Made by a program: the position numbers and the translations under genes
In this document: positions 1 to 12,300 of the stretch, piece by piece
Numbering within the stretch: the stretch's first letter is position 1
Layout: each line of letters opens with the position of its first letter
Assembly: GCA_002633005.1 (NCBI GenBank)
Contig: NMRA01000683.1
Location: 62,001 to 126,000, forward strand
DNA: 64,000 nt
Reading direction: 5' to 3'
DNA from: Phoronis australis
Lineage: Eukaryota > Animalia > Phoronida
Notes under the pieces: generated by a model
What the model was told of the DNA's origin: nothing
Seen by the model: only the letters and a program-made list of their open reading frames with translations
Databases searched by the model: none

Positions 1-905
1 AGTGCATCAACGATACCGTATCGTACTCTGGCTGGCAAATATGAGTACAAAGGCTATATTGTACACTGTATGGGCCAACTATCGACAAATCTTGGAAAAC
101 TGGGTAGCCGAAATTTGCGTTGTGTCGGTGTTGTCAGTCTACGCATGCTTTTGCCATGCAAAAAGATCTAAGAAACATATTTTCTTGGCGCATTTTCTGA
201 TAAAAATGTACTACGAACACGATATCGAAAACAAATTTCGAAAAGTAATGTTTGGAAGGTGCTGAAAATAGGGCAAAAGTGACAATAGCATGGGTGATTG
301 TTAACTTTGATATTCTTGTGGGACAATTTTAATCTACTGCAATATCCAAATGCTCAGTTCATCAATCTATTAGTGTCATCTGCTCGTCTTATTTAAAACC
401 AATTATGTAAACATCGTATTTAGCCACCTACAATGACGGTTTTCTGAACCTTTCACTCGCCTCAAGAGAAAGTCATGTGCCTCTGCTGTTTGCACTTTTT
501 TGTCTTTAACAATAACAGATATTTCAGACGTGCAACTGTCAGAATATAGTCTGACAGTATTGTTAGTTGTATTGTTTTGTTTTGTTAATCTGTTTGATTG
601 GCATGACCCCTGAGTTAAGTACAGTGATGATGTAATTTGTTTACTACAAAATAGTGTGGAACTTTCTAGAAGACTGAGGTCAGAACAGTGATGATGTAAT
701 TTGTTTACTACAAAATAGTGTGGAACGTTCTAGAAGACTCTAGCATGACAGTGATTAATGCAGTCTGGAATATTCTAGAGACTACTAGTTCATGTTTGTA
801 GAATGATTGGGTAGGTTCCAGAAAGTTCTGGTATGTGCTTGAACTGATGAAAAGTTCTAGAACAATGCATTAGGCTATAAATACACAAGCACTGGTTTGT
901 GTTAG
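1..905. repeat. Near-identical copy of 1726-2630 ending at single N (906); probable allelic/contig-overlap duplication
   Basis: Offset 1725; two substitutions noticed (GGCAAATAT/GGCGAATAT, CTAAGAAA/CTAGGAAA); terminates exactly at the N and truncates the LTR copy. Confidence 0.9.
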
Positions 906-2261
906 NTCTGATCACCACTTTGTTACGTTTCGGTCAATGTAATGTCTATGCATAAGTATGGACAATGTATTTTCTTATTGGCATAAACGGAGGAATGATT
1001 ATTGATCTGCCATCGGTTACCATCCACGCGCATGGATACAATTTCCTCCTTGCTATTACAGCTTTGCAGATTATTTGCGCAGATTATTTTGTGCAAACTT
1101 GACTGATGATAAAGAGGTAGCACCACTCTCATTGGTTAATGTCTGATAGTTTTTTTAAGTACTAGCTAATGAAAAGTAAGGTCACATACGGAAATATAGG
1201 CGAAAAGGCAGCAAACTGGAATGTTGGAAAAGTCGAAACTATTGGCTTGTATTGGTAATGCCAGAAGTTCGAGTCTCTATGTATTAAACATTGATTAGGA
1301 GTACAACTGTTATGGTATCGTGTAGTGCAAATTATACAAGACGTGTTCAATGAATGACACTGCGTGCAGTAGGCCTAGCCGTATGGCAAGATTCGGTCGT
1401 TATTTTAGAAGGCGTGTTAAATCACAGGTTTGGTTGAAACTTTCCACGTTTGAATGGGTAACGAAGTTTATATTTTTTACACTGTGCAAGCCGTGAGAAA
1501 AATCACCCCTGGTCGTGCATAGACTAGCGGTTTTTACATTTAATTTCTACAATGCAGATGAACACTAAGTGTGGCTTTACTGTCCGTAAATCGAATTAAT
1601 AATGTTAAGTCTGGGGGAGAATGACAGATGACACTTCAATCCAAAACCCATCAGGAAGTCAGTTTAGTGCAATAATGTGAAAAAATATTACACACAGCTT
1701 TGAACTACAGTCTTACATTATGCAAAGTGCATCAACGATACCGTATCGTACTCTGGCTGGCGAATATGAGTACAAAGGCTATATTGTACACTGTATGGGC
1801 CAACTATCGACAAATCTTGGAAAACTGGGTAGCCGAAATTTGCGTTGTGTCGGTGTTGTCAGTCTACGCATGCTTTTGCCATGCAAAAAGATCTAGGAAA
1901 CATATTTTCTTGGCGCATTTTCTGATAAAAATGTACTACGAACACGATATCGAAAACAAATTTCGAAAAGTAATGTTTGGAAGGTGCTGAAAATAGGGCA
2001 AAAGTGACAATAGCATGGGTGATTGTTAACTTTGATATTCTTGTGGGACAATTTTAATCTACTGCAATATCCAAATGCTCAGTTCATCAATCTATTAGTG
2101 TCATCTGCTCGTCTTATTTAAAACCAATTATGTAAACATCGTATTTAGCCACCTACAATGACGGTTTTCTGAACCTTTCACTCGCCTCAAGAGAAAGTCA
2201 TGTGCCTCTGCTGTTTGCACTTTTTTGTCTTTAACAATAACAGATATTTCAGACGTGCAAC

Positions 2262-3021
2262 TGTCAGAATATAGTCTGACAGTATTGTTAGTTGTATTGT
2301 TTTGTTTTGTTAATCTGTTTGATTGGCATGACCCCTGAGTTAAGTACAGTGATGATGTAATTTGTTTACTACAAAATAGTGTGGAACTTTCTAGAAGACT
2401 GAGGTCAGAACAGTGATGATGTAATTTGTTTACTACAAAATAGTGTGGAACGTTCTAGAAGACTCTAGCATGACAGTGATTAATGCAGTCTGGAATATTC
2501 TAGAGACTACTAGTTCATGTTTGTAGAATGATTGGGTAGGTTCCAGAAAGTTCTGGTATGTGCTTGAACTGATGAAAAGTTCTAGAACAATGCATTAGGC
2601 TATAAATACACAAGCACTGGTTTGTGTTAGTGAGTTGAGTCCAAGAAGATCAAGTCGGGAGATCAAGCTAGTTCAAGAAAGTTTATCAGGAGAACTACAG
2701 TTGAGTTGCAGTGAAGAGAATCAGCACTTACAGCGATAGTCAATAGAGAGACAGCTATAGAGACAGCAGGTTATTGAATAGACGAGTGTAGCAGTTGCTG
2801 AACGTGTCTCAGAAGTTCAACACAAGTCAAGGCTTCGCAGCACTGGCTGGAGCATAAACAGACATTACGTCGGACGTTTTGTTTGAGTAGGCTTGTGAAA
2901 GTACGGTCGGGATTAATAAAGGATTAACTCGAACCAGTCTTCAGTCAATCTTCGCACCGAAAGCTATTAGCACCGGTCTGTAACAACCTGCGCCCAGCCA
3001 CACACGGGGAAAAACGTGACA
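2262..3021 (+). mobile_element. Solo LTR (760 bp) of an LTR retrotransposon
   Basis: TGTCA...TGACA termini; perfect 5-bp TSD GCAAC (2257-2261, 3022-3026); TATAAAT at 2601; AATAAA at 2915; internal ~55-bp tandem duplication (2346-2400, 2410-2464). Confidence 0.88.
2383..2607 (+). promoter_or_regulatory. Cluster of heat-shock elements (nGAAn arrays) plus TATA box in LTR U3
   Basis: GAActTTCtaGAA 2384-2396; GAAcgTTCtaGAA 2448-2460; GAAtaTTCtaGAg 2493-2505; TTCcaGAAagTTC 2541-2553; TTCtaGAA 2580-2587; TATA 2601. Confidence 0.65.
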
Positions 3022-3236
3022 GCAACATTTAGCGTTTAACAATTTTCAAGAGTCGTTTCCAACATAGCGACCAAATAGCCTACTAGGGGACAAATCTCGC
3101 CCAGCTGGGGAAAATTAATCAAGTGACTAAACACTTGCCCTGAGGATGTCAAATGTGTAGGCTAAATATACTGTATACCTTTAGTGCTTAGGGACAACCT
3201 GTTTCGACTTGACGAATATTTTTATCATTTTCACAG

Positions 3237-3393
3237 GTAGCGCGATCCGGTAACATTTCCGAGTTCGAAAAACTGTACTATGAAGACCCATCACGCCTCA
3301 AAATCAAGGACAAGCATGGTCAGACAACCATGCACTACGCTGTTTATAAGTCTAAGACTGCAATCTTGGACTTCATTTTATCACATGGCGGAG
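3237..3393 (+). CDS. TRPA1: TRPA1 exon (ankyrin; VARSGNISEFEKLYYEDPSRL...)
   Basis: AG/GT flanks; resembles insect TRPA1 AAESGNLDDFKRLF region. Confidence 0.9.
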
Positions 3394-6300
3394 GTAAGTT
3401 TAACTCTGGTGTCACATGCCTCAGTACTGGTCTATTACTTTGCGAAGCAGGCATTCATATAAAACAAACTGATGCAAGTACGAAACTACTTAATTCTTCT
3501 CAAAACCCGCCCATGACATCACTGATTTACATGTACCGTCATGAAGTTTGTCTCTGAAGTTACTTTTTTTAAAATTGGGGATGATTTCGTGGCTACTTAA
3601 GAACTGTCGGTTCGTAAATTTACTAAGGCCAGGATTTACAAGCTGCTTTGTCATGGCGTGTCATTTTAGGTTCCAAGCACGATCTCGAATAACGAGCTGC
3701 AAGTTATTTGCAAACCCAGAAACCTCTTCTCATCTGAGTAAGGAGCAAGGTGGTATTAGTGGCCACGTGTGTGTTAAGCTTGTCTGAGTAGAAGGCTCCA
3801 AACTACTAGAACTCGTGTTTTAGTTGAATTCCTGACGCATGTCTGTCATAGCGACTTATATAAACTTGCATGTGTTGTATGCTGTAGGTTGATTATTGCA
3901 GAGGCGGTCCATTAACACGTCTTCGTTATAATTAGCGTGAAATGTGATTACACAAGGCTGGACGTGTACAAAATGGGTAGCCCCAAATCATTCGTGAACT
4001 CACATGGCGTCCTGGTTACCTGAACAAATTATCAAGCTAATAGGATTTAATGCATTTCCCTCAGTTACATGGCTTATTGGGCGATGGTCGGCTGATCACG
4101 TGGAATGAACCTCTATCCCCTGGGTTTCTATCCCAGCATGTCAAATTACTAAGTAGCGGTGAATACATGCCACACAGAAAAAGGCTTCCAAAGCAAGTCC
4201 AATGAGTTTCAGGAAAAAAATGCTCATATCAGCCAACAGTTGAACGATGATATAGATATGATCCGGAGAGTCGGCGTCAAAAGACGCCAAAATCGGTGCA
4301 CGGTTGGGCAAAGTTCAATCATTTCGTCACCTAGAACTTTATAACAGATTCGGTGGGACATTGAAACTTAGATTTTTGTCCGAGCGTCCGATGAACTTTG
4401 GAGTTAAGTTTCTTACTCATCCAAGGACCTGACAGCTACCTTCCGACATCGGGCTATGCGACTGGTTCAGTAAAATTTGCCCATCTTTCTAGGCGACCGT
4501 GATAGAACTAAATGGGCGAGATTGACAAAACGTTCCCGATGCTTGGCTAAACCACTGTTACATGTATTTACCCGGTGTGATTATTTTCTTAAGATACAAA
4601 CAACAAAACAACAGGGAGGCTGTCGCACGGTCGTCTTGAGTCGGGCATATTCGCTGCCCGAATTTATCGCAAGATCACAGTGGTACGAAAAAACATGGTT
4701 TTAATGGCAAATCGTACGGTGTTCTTGCAACAGGCGCGTTAGGTTCGTGCGATAGCTTTGTGACATAGAACTGTCTTAAACAATGTGATATTAACGTGAC
4801 GACGTTTTACGATGGCATTTAGAGGCATGTAAAGACTGTTCTCTCGTTAAACGAGGTACAGTATGTGATGCAGTTTTAGAAACTACAGATGAGACGTAAT
4901 GTCACTAATCCATGAGGTGTACAAGTTGTTTGGCTTTTCATCTCACATTGCGTTTCCAGAATTGTTTTAATTATTACGTCTGCGAATATCGCCTGTGCAA
5001 TTATATCCCGGTTCTCTCATTTCCGTGCATTCAACCAATATACTTGTAAAACTGAAAGACGGTCTCCACCTGGGTGTGAAGTAAAACTCGGAAAATAATG
5101 CATGGGTTATCTCAGACCTCAAAATATGCATCGTGTACAACCAATAAGTTAAACCAGACAGCGAGCGCAACCTTATCACCATGAGACTTTTATATTACTA
5201 ATACAGCTGAGTTCTTAATTAGTAGTAATTCTTTTATGTAAATTTGAACAAGTTATTGTTTACCAACTGAAAAAGCTTGGTAAAAATGTGCAATTTAAGC
5301 TTAACGTCATTTGGACCCTCCTGACGCTTAGCTGGTGTCACGCGTGGGCTTAATTACATGTATCGCTTACCTCCCACAGATATTGATGTACAGGACAGCA
5401 AGGGGAATAGTCCCCTGCATTTGGCCGTGGAGGAAGGACAGCGGGAGGCCATTGAGTATCTCATTCTGCACAACGCCAACACTATGTTGTTGAACAAAGA
5501 TAATATGACACCGCTCCATCTGGCGGTGGAATTAAACCATCAGGATATACTCAAGGTAATGTCGAACCATGACAGTGATTTTCACCATTAAACGGGCCAA
5601 GTTACGGTAACTAATCAACTAGCATTGTTTTCCGAAATTGCTGCATTTTTGGCATCAGTTCTACATGCGCTCTTCCATCCCCTCAGATGCCGTTTGGTAG
5701 TCCGTGACTTTAAATGAGGTTTCGTTTGCCATGGCGCCCATTTACGTCCCATAAGAGAACGTACACTTCATGTATACTTACAATACCCAAAACCACTTTC
5801 ATCTTTTCAAACTTACTAGCAAATTTCTTTGAGGGCCCTCTTGGAAAGCAGTGCTATCACTGAAGAGGCCACCCTCATTTTAAATAGCACAATAAATAAA
5901 TTTCTAAACTGTTTTACCTGTAAACATTTCTTAATGTCGAATAATGTAGACTATAACAGAAAAATGCCGATATCTGTGTTTTCGGATTCGAAATTATCAA
6001 TAATTCGGACCTGTGATTGACGCAGCAGCGTGCTCTAAATTGTGAGCCACTTTCCTGAATAAAGGGAACGGTACACTCGAATAATCCCCAACGATTCATA
6101 TACCAAGAATATGCATTTACTCTTCTGGAGTAACATTGAGATAACAACATGACAAAAATAATCTCAGTTTGAAGTTTCATCGAAAATTAGACACAATTAC
6201 AACTTAGAAAATACGAAGTCACTGGACTCAATGGGCCGGAGAACTCGCGTGAAGTCTTGGCTAAGGGACTCATATACTTGTAATGAACCTCTGCTCAAAA

Positions 6301-9300
6301 CTTGCAAACGGACATTTGCCTATTAGCCGAATGGCCAAGGTTTTATCAGGGGTCGCTGGTTCGACCTCCGGATTGAGTGATATAGGCAATAACTTTACAA
6401 GTAATTCGGAAGCATTGCGTTCGGGACTGTCTTGTCCAATACTCTTGTAGCACTCGCAAATCTGCGTGCCATTTCGTGGCTGGCGCCTTCTTCGGTGGAA
6501 AGACAAATAGTGCCACAGCATGATTGGAAGCCGTATTGTTGCATCCACCTCAAACAAAACGGCTCACCATTTCTCAAAATCTCGCACAAAGGCGGAGCAC
6601 AGAGAACAGAAAAAGTTGGTGCTGCATTTATAGAAATCAGGACCTTTTCGAAGCTATAATTTTATTCATTGAAAACATGTTTTCGCGCTCTTTGTTTAAA
6701 GGCACTTCTAACATGTCTTCGATCATAAGATATCAAAAAAATAATTGGGTAGACAATTTTCCTCCCTAACGGTACGCAGGGCGTTCTCATGAACAGGTTT
6801 CTTTTCCCATTACCGAATTTCTTGCCTTACAGTCTTTGTTCTTCTCTCAACAACCGTGCTAATTCGATTCTGATGAACTGAATCTCTGGTTAACAAGGCT
6901 ACATGGCACAGTATGCATCAGTTTGCTAGTTCCATGGCTGCACGACTGTTCACAAAATAAGCCTTTTAATTTTGTCGGTAGGTTGTCATTCGGCGCATTG
7001 GTTCCACACGGTTAGCAAGGTTTATGAGTTGTCGCCTCGCTAAAACAACTTGACTTGCAAGTCTGCTCGGGCTGTGTCGTACAACTGGATGAATTCCCCC
7101 CCACTAGAGAGCCGCTATTTCCCAATAAGTGGCGAAATTAAATTTTCCTAATAGAAGGAATTGTAATCTTTAGATGACACTAAACTAAGATAGATCGTAG
7201 TATAGTACATGGGGTATCATTCCAAACAGTGTCGATGGCACACGTTTCATAGCAGTTCAAAGTGAACCACTTATGGCGTCCGATCCACCCGTCAGAGAAA
7301 TACCTAAAAAAGTATATAAAACTGCATTTAGTTCACACACATCCATTTCTATCTCTAACTGACTCACGCTCTCCCTGTTTTGGGGAAGTTGGAGACTACG
7401 CGCAGGATTTCACAGCGAATCAAATGGCACTTGAGCAGTATAATTATAGAAGTTGACGTCATTTTAATTGACTCCGAGGAAACATGTGCAACAAACACAC
7501 ATCTTAACAAGGTGCCAAAGTCACACCTACTCATATATATATATATGATACTCATCAATCAAATTTGCTTACCTGGGCTTTATGGAATTTTAATGACCAC
7601 GAGATTAATTAGAAAGGTGGTGGACGTTGTTCTGACAGTTGCCATGAATTACTTTTAATAAACACCATTCAATTGGAAAAAACACAGAGAAATAACTCAA
7701 GAAGAAACGTGACACCTTTTCTAAAACTGATGTTTTTGTTATAATTTATTTTGAAACTTGTACATGTATATGGTGTATTTGGTATCTTTAGTTCTAAAGT
7801 GTTGATATGTACCTTTATACTTGAAAATGAAAGGTGTGAATAAACTCTTTTTTTAGTTTTTATTGACATTTGAGCAAATCGACGCTAATGCTCCTGGAGA
7901 GAATGGCATGGGACCTCTGCATCTGGCTGCCTGCAAAAATTACGTTGAATGTGCTCAGATCTTGGTAAGTGTTAAATGTAGCCGTCAAGCCAAGGAAGTT
8001 CTCAGCACCATCTCGAGGGATGGATTAAAACCAGGTTGCAATCTGACAAAGAACGCTGTGGACGGTGTCGCATTCGAGGCATGTTTTTGGCCAGAGATGC
8101 CCGTTTCTGACCGTAACCAGTTCTGAGAATAACTGTGGTGGACAGGCCTTTACTTGCTTAAAATCGTTTTAGTAGTTTCAAGAGGCCTGGAACGCGAAAA
8201 CTTGTAAAAATACCTTGTAAACAGATACGTGGCGAATCTATTTCTTGGGGATGCTAACAGGAGAGTTATTCACTTTGAATATAACAAAACAATTCTAGAA
8301 AAAGTCACCAGATTCAAACACAGACACAAACTCTTTAATCCCAATTCAGTTTTCAAATTCTCCCCTAATTGTAAACATGCAAGCATGCGCTAAAAGAATC
8401 ACCTTGTAAACATTTCCCAAGTGTATAATCGCCATTATTTTGTTTAGGTTAAAGGTCACATTTTCCATATAAAAAATGTGCAACACATAAGTCTCGCCAT
8501 ATCTTATAAGGAGACGTGCTTTGCTTTGTGAGAAAAATCACATATTGACGAGCAGTTGACAGATCGTTTTTGTTTTTGAAATTTGAAGCTCAAGTAAAAA
8601 TGCTTTGACATCAACAGAAATTCAAAATCTTTACGAGCAAACCATAGAAATACCTGGTGAAGAGTTTGACTTCAGTTTGGGTGACAGTGAAACACTTCAA
8701 ATAATGCAACTTAGTCTGTCGGATTTAGCGTTCTATGCCACTTTGAGACATATGCGTGTTTGATGGTTATACTAAACATGTGTGCCTATTTGATTATTAT
8801 GCGTAGCAAAATACCAAACATCTGATGTACAATTAATGTGAGAACACAGAGCGACTTGTGCTTGATTCAGTTTCAGACGAACAGAGTTTAATGGAGTTTA
8901 AAATATCTTCATTCACAGACGTTTTTAATCAATTTACGGCATTTGACTTCGATGTTTGAACCATTTGAACAGCACTCCGCACAACAGTGATAATCTGACG
9001 TCATAGGTAGAAAAGAGTGACAAGAAAAAACGCTGTGAAATTCCACTTTTAAAACCTCTCTCAAAGTTCCATTTAAACTTTAGGTGGCGCTGCATCTTTG
9101 TACTCGTGGTACCAGCGGTTGGTGAATCATGTCGGACTCTTTTGCCGACTTCGGCGTAACAGCACCCATGCGATTGAAGAATGTATTTTCACAATAGAAT
9201 ATTGTCTACTCTAGTCCATCTAATAACCACATGAAAGTTATGTATGCAACTCTTCCAAATATCTCCTCAGTAACAGACGACCTCGAATAAACAATTCATG

Positions 9301-12300
9301 ATCCATAGAAGTCATCGTTCAAAAGATGCCTGAGGCAGCCTACTATCAAAATGCAATTTGAGTGTAATTAGGTTCTGGAATAGCCCTAGTGGAAACAGAG
9401 CCATTTATGAAACTGGAGACTGTGAGTTTAAATTTGAAAAACTTGCTACTTTTGATAAATGACTTTCTCTAAGGTAGAGACTATAAACTCGTCACCTACA
9501 GGACTGTAGACTCTTCTACGGCGCGAACCAGCGAAGCGCGCTAAATACTCTATCGCCGTCTCACGACCCGGCAAATTTCAACATTTCTCCGTTATATTGG
9601 TAACTGCGTATCCATGAAGCCCATGTACATGAACTTTTCTCATGACATGACTGTCCGTTTTACAAAAAATATCTAAATTTCTTGTGAACGGCCGATTAAG
9701 GAACAAAAGAGTTGATTAAAGGATTCCGCGTCAGTTAAGTGGCGCGCTACTGAGTAGACACTATCATTGCAGGCCTCTGTTCTCAGAATGCTATTTTACG
9801 TCTGAATATAAGCATCTTTTTGCAGCTTCACAACAAGGCAAAACTTTGCCTGAAGAGTGATGACGGATTATACCCGGTACATATCGCCGCCAAGCACGCG
9901 TCGTCAGAGGTTCTTCGAGTACTTCTCGATGAAGGTGAGTGGTTCTATTGCCATTGACAAATGCACATATCGTGCATTTATGTAATTGGCTTAACAAGAG
10001 TATGAAGAATATCTGAAAAGAATCTGTGTATATTTCTGACTGGGCATTCTCTTTCTATCAGATATGTTTCCAAACGATCATTCGTAAAATGTTTCAGACT
10101 GTATCCGTCACCCGCTGCCACGTGTACTGCGTTGCAACAAGTCATTACTGTAGCAATAACGTACAACAAATCGTTGGCGAATGCGACTCTGACGACTTCA
10201 TGTTGAACACATTTTAGTTTTAATTCCCAAAGTTTGCCAAACAGGGCAGGCAGTAGAAAAGTAGACAGATCTCAGTGCTCACGACTCGTAAGACACCCAT
10301 ATCAACACCAGTTTCATGAAATGGGCATCAATTTAAATACCTGACTTAAGTATGCAGGCTGGAATCTTTTGCAACTTTCGAAACCAAATTCGGGGAAAAC
10401 CTTACCCATTTCAGCAGCACATGCGTACACGCGTGCAATAGGAAAACACAAGGGTTTCCTTCATTGCTTGCATGCAAATCCAAAACAGTGCATCTGTAGT
10501 TTGCTGAATATATTTTTACAAATACGTGCGAGCCTTTCTCATGGAAGAGGGGAAGAGAATGGGGACTTGTACATTAAATTTATTGTTGATCGCCGCTGCT
10601 GAGCGTAGGTCGTTCCGGATGCCATCTCCCCCATACATGTATATTTGCTATGGACGGTGGCGTTTGTCGTTAGTTTTCTTTAAATTTCGGGTCGAAACGT
10701 TAATGACCGTTGTAGAGTATTGATTTTCAAATCAATAATGACGTTCGCAACTTTAGGCCAGCATGTATTGCAAAACGTTCACATTTTGATGACTAAATTA
10801 AGGTTGAAGCGTAGTACCGGGGGCATGGGTTCTTCATTGACGTTTGTGTAAATTGTAAGATGTTACGGGTCTGGATAAAATCTTAATTAAACGAAACGTC
10901 AAGTTTATGTCCTTCTCACGTATCTCTATCGATAAATGGAACCTAATGTGGTGTGGTTAAAAAATTCGACCTCACTGCAATATCACTCACGCCGGTCAAG
11001 GTATGTCGGCGTTGATTTTGGCATAATCGTTTACGCACCCTTGATGTTGACGTACCTGTCCAGTTATTGTTTTGGAGCCATACGATAACGCAATGAACGT
11101 GACACCGCATATTTGTGAAATAAAGGTGAAAAAATATGAGTATACATTTCTGCAAGGGCTATACAATATTCAAATTAGGGACAGTGTTCTGCAGCTGTTA
11201 CCGCTCAAAGTTTATAGTGTACGTGCGTCTTTCTTGCGCGGCAAAAATTTATGTCCACCTTTTGAAAACTAAAGAAATGCGATTTCTTGTACTCTGCTAC
11301 CACGTTTGGGCAGATAATAAACATGGGAAGGATTGCATTGTTTTAGTCTCATGACAATGGGATAACCAGCCTTTTTAGCGAGCGGGTAAGGTAAACACCA
11401 ACCAATTAAGAGAGATCGCACGGTTAAAAGGTTCCCATATTTTGTAGGGAACTTCCATGAAATCATCTTTTGCCCGCAACATGAATCTACGTATCACAAA
11501 CGCTATAAAATGCTTATTTACTGAGTAAAAGGGAATCCACCCCAAAAAATCCTAGTTATAATGATACACAACATTTATACTTCGTGAACGTCCTGGTCGG
11601 TCAATTGCACCCTTTTGTTACGACTCTGGTGGAGACCAACCAGCGATTATTAGCGGTACGTCCTTGTATTCCACTGTCTTTGAACTACCCCTCGGGTAAA
11701 GTTTTATTGTTTGTATACATCAAAAAAGACCATGCATGTGTTGGTAATCTGCTGACATGAATTCCAGTATAGTTTCCATAATCACATGTTAATACGAGAT
11801 TTGTACGTGTGCAGCGACCAGACCTTCTTCTCGCCAATGGAAAAGAAAACACATACTAGTTTCATCCGTAAATCAGTCTTTAGGAAAACATAAGCTGTTG
11901 CGTAAAGTACGTATCACAGCTTGAACATGTCTTTATTAATGAAAGACGTTTTGAACAAATACCTTTCACATAACAATTCAGAAACCAGACGAGCGACAAA
12001 AAACCCTCCCCATAGCAAATACACGGGAAGATGGCGACCTGAACGACTCGCACTACATGTACTAGCGATCTAAGGGTGAAATGACTGCGCCAGCCCCTAA
12101 AGAAATCGTATTTATCAGCTTGAAGCGTTTTAAGCTTGATGCACATTGTCACTTGCGCCCGTTACCTCAGCTTGACCACTCTCATTGCGTTTAAGCGACC
12201 ATCTACGTTGGTAACTACGCGATATTTATATCAATTAAGCGGTTTACTTGTTCTTCGAACGTTTTAAATTGCATTTACAGAAGAGAGTTATTCGGTGTTA

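Noticed and set aside
2-1990. ORFs 2-265 and 1700-1990 as genes
   Set aside because: Non-ATG starts, no recognisable motif, and recurrence only reflects the duplication
1-2630. Real tandem duplication or two-LTR retroelement
   Set aside because: The copy ends exactly at a single N, includes non-LTR flank and the same TSD-side sequence, and differs by about two SNPs; typical of uncollapsed haplotype overlap
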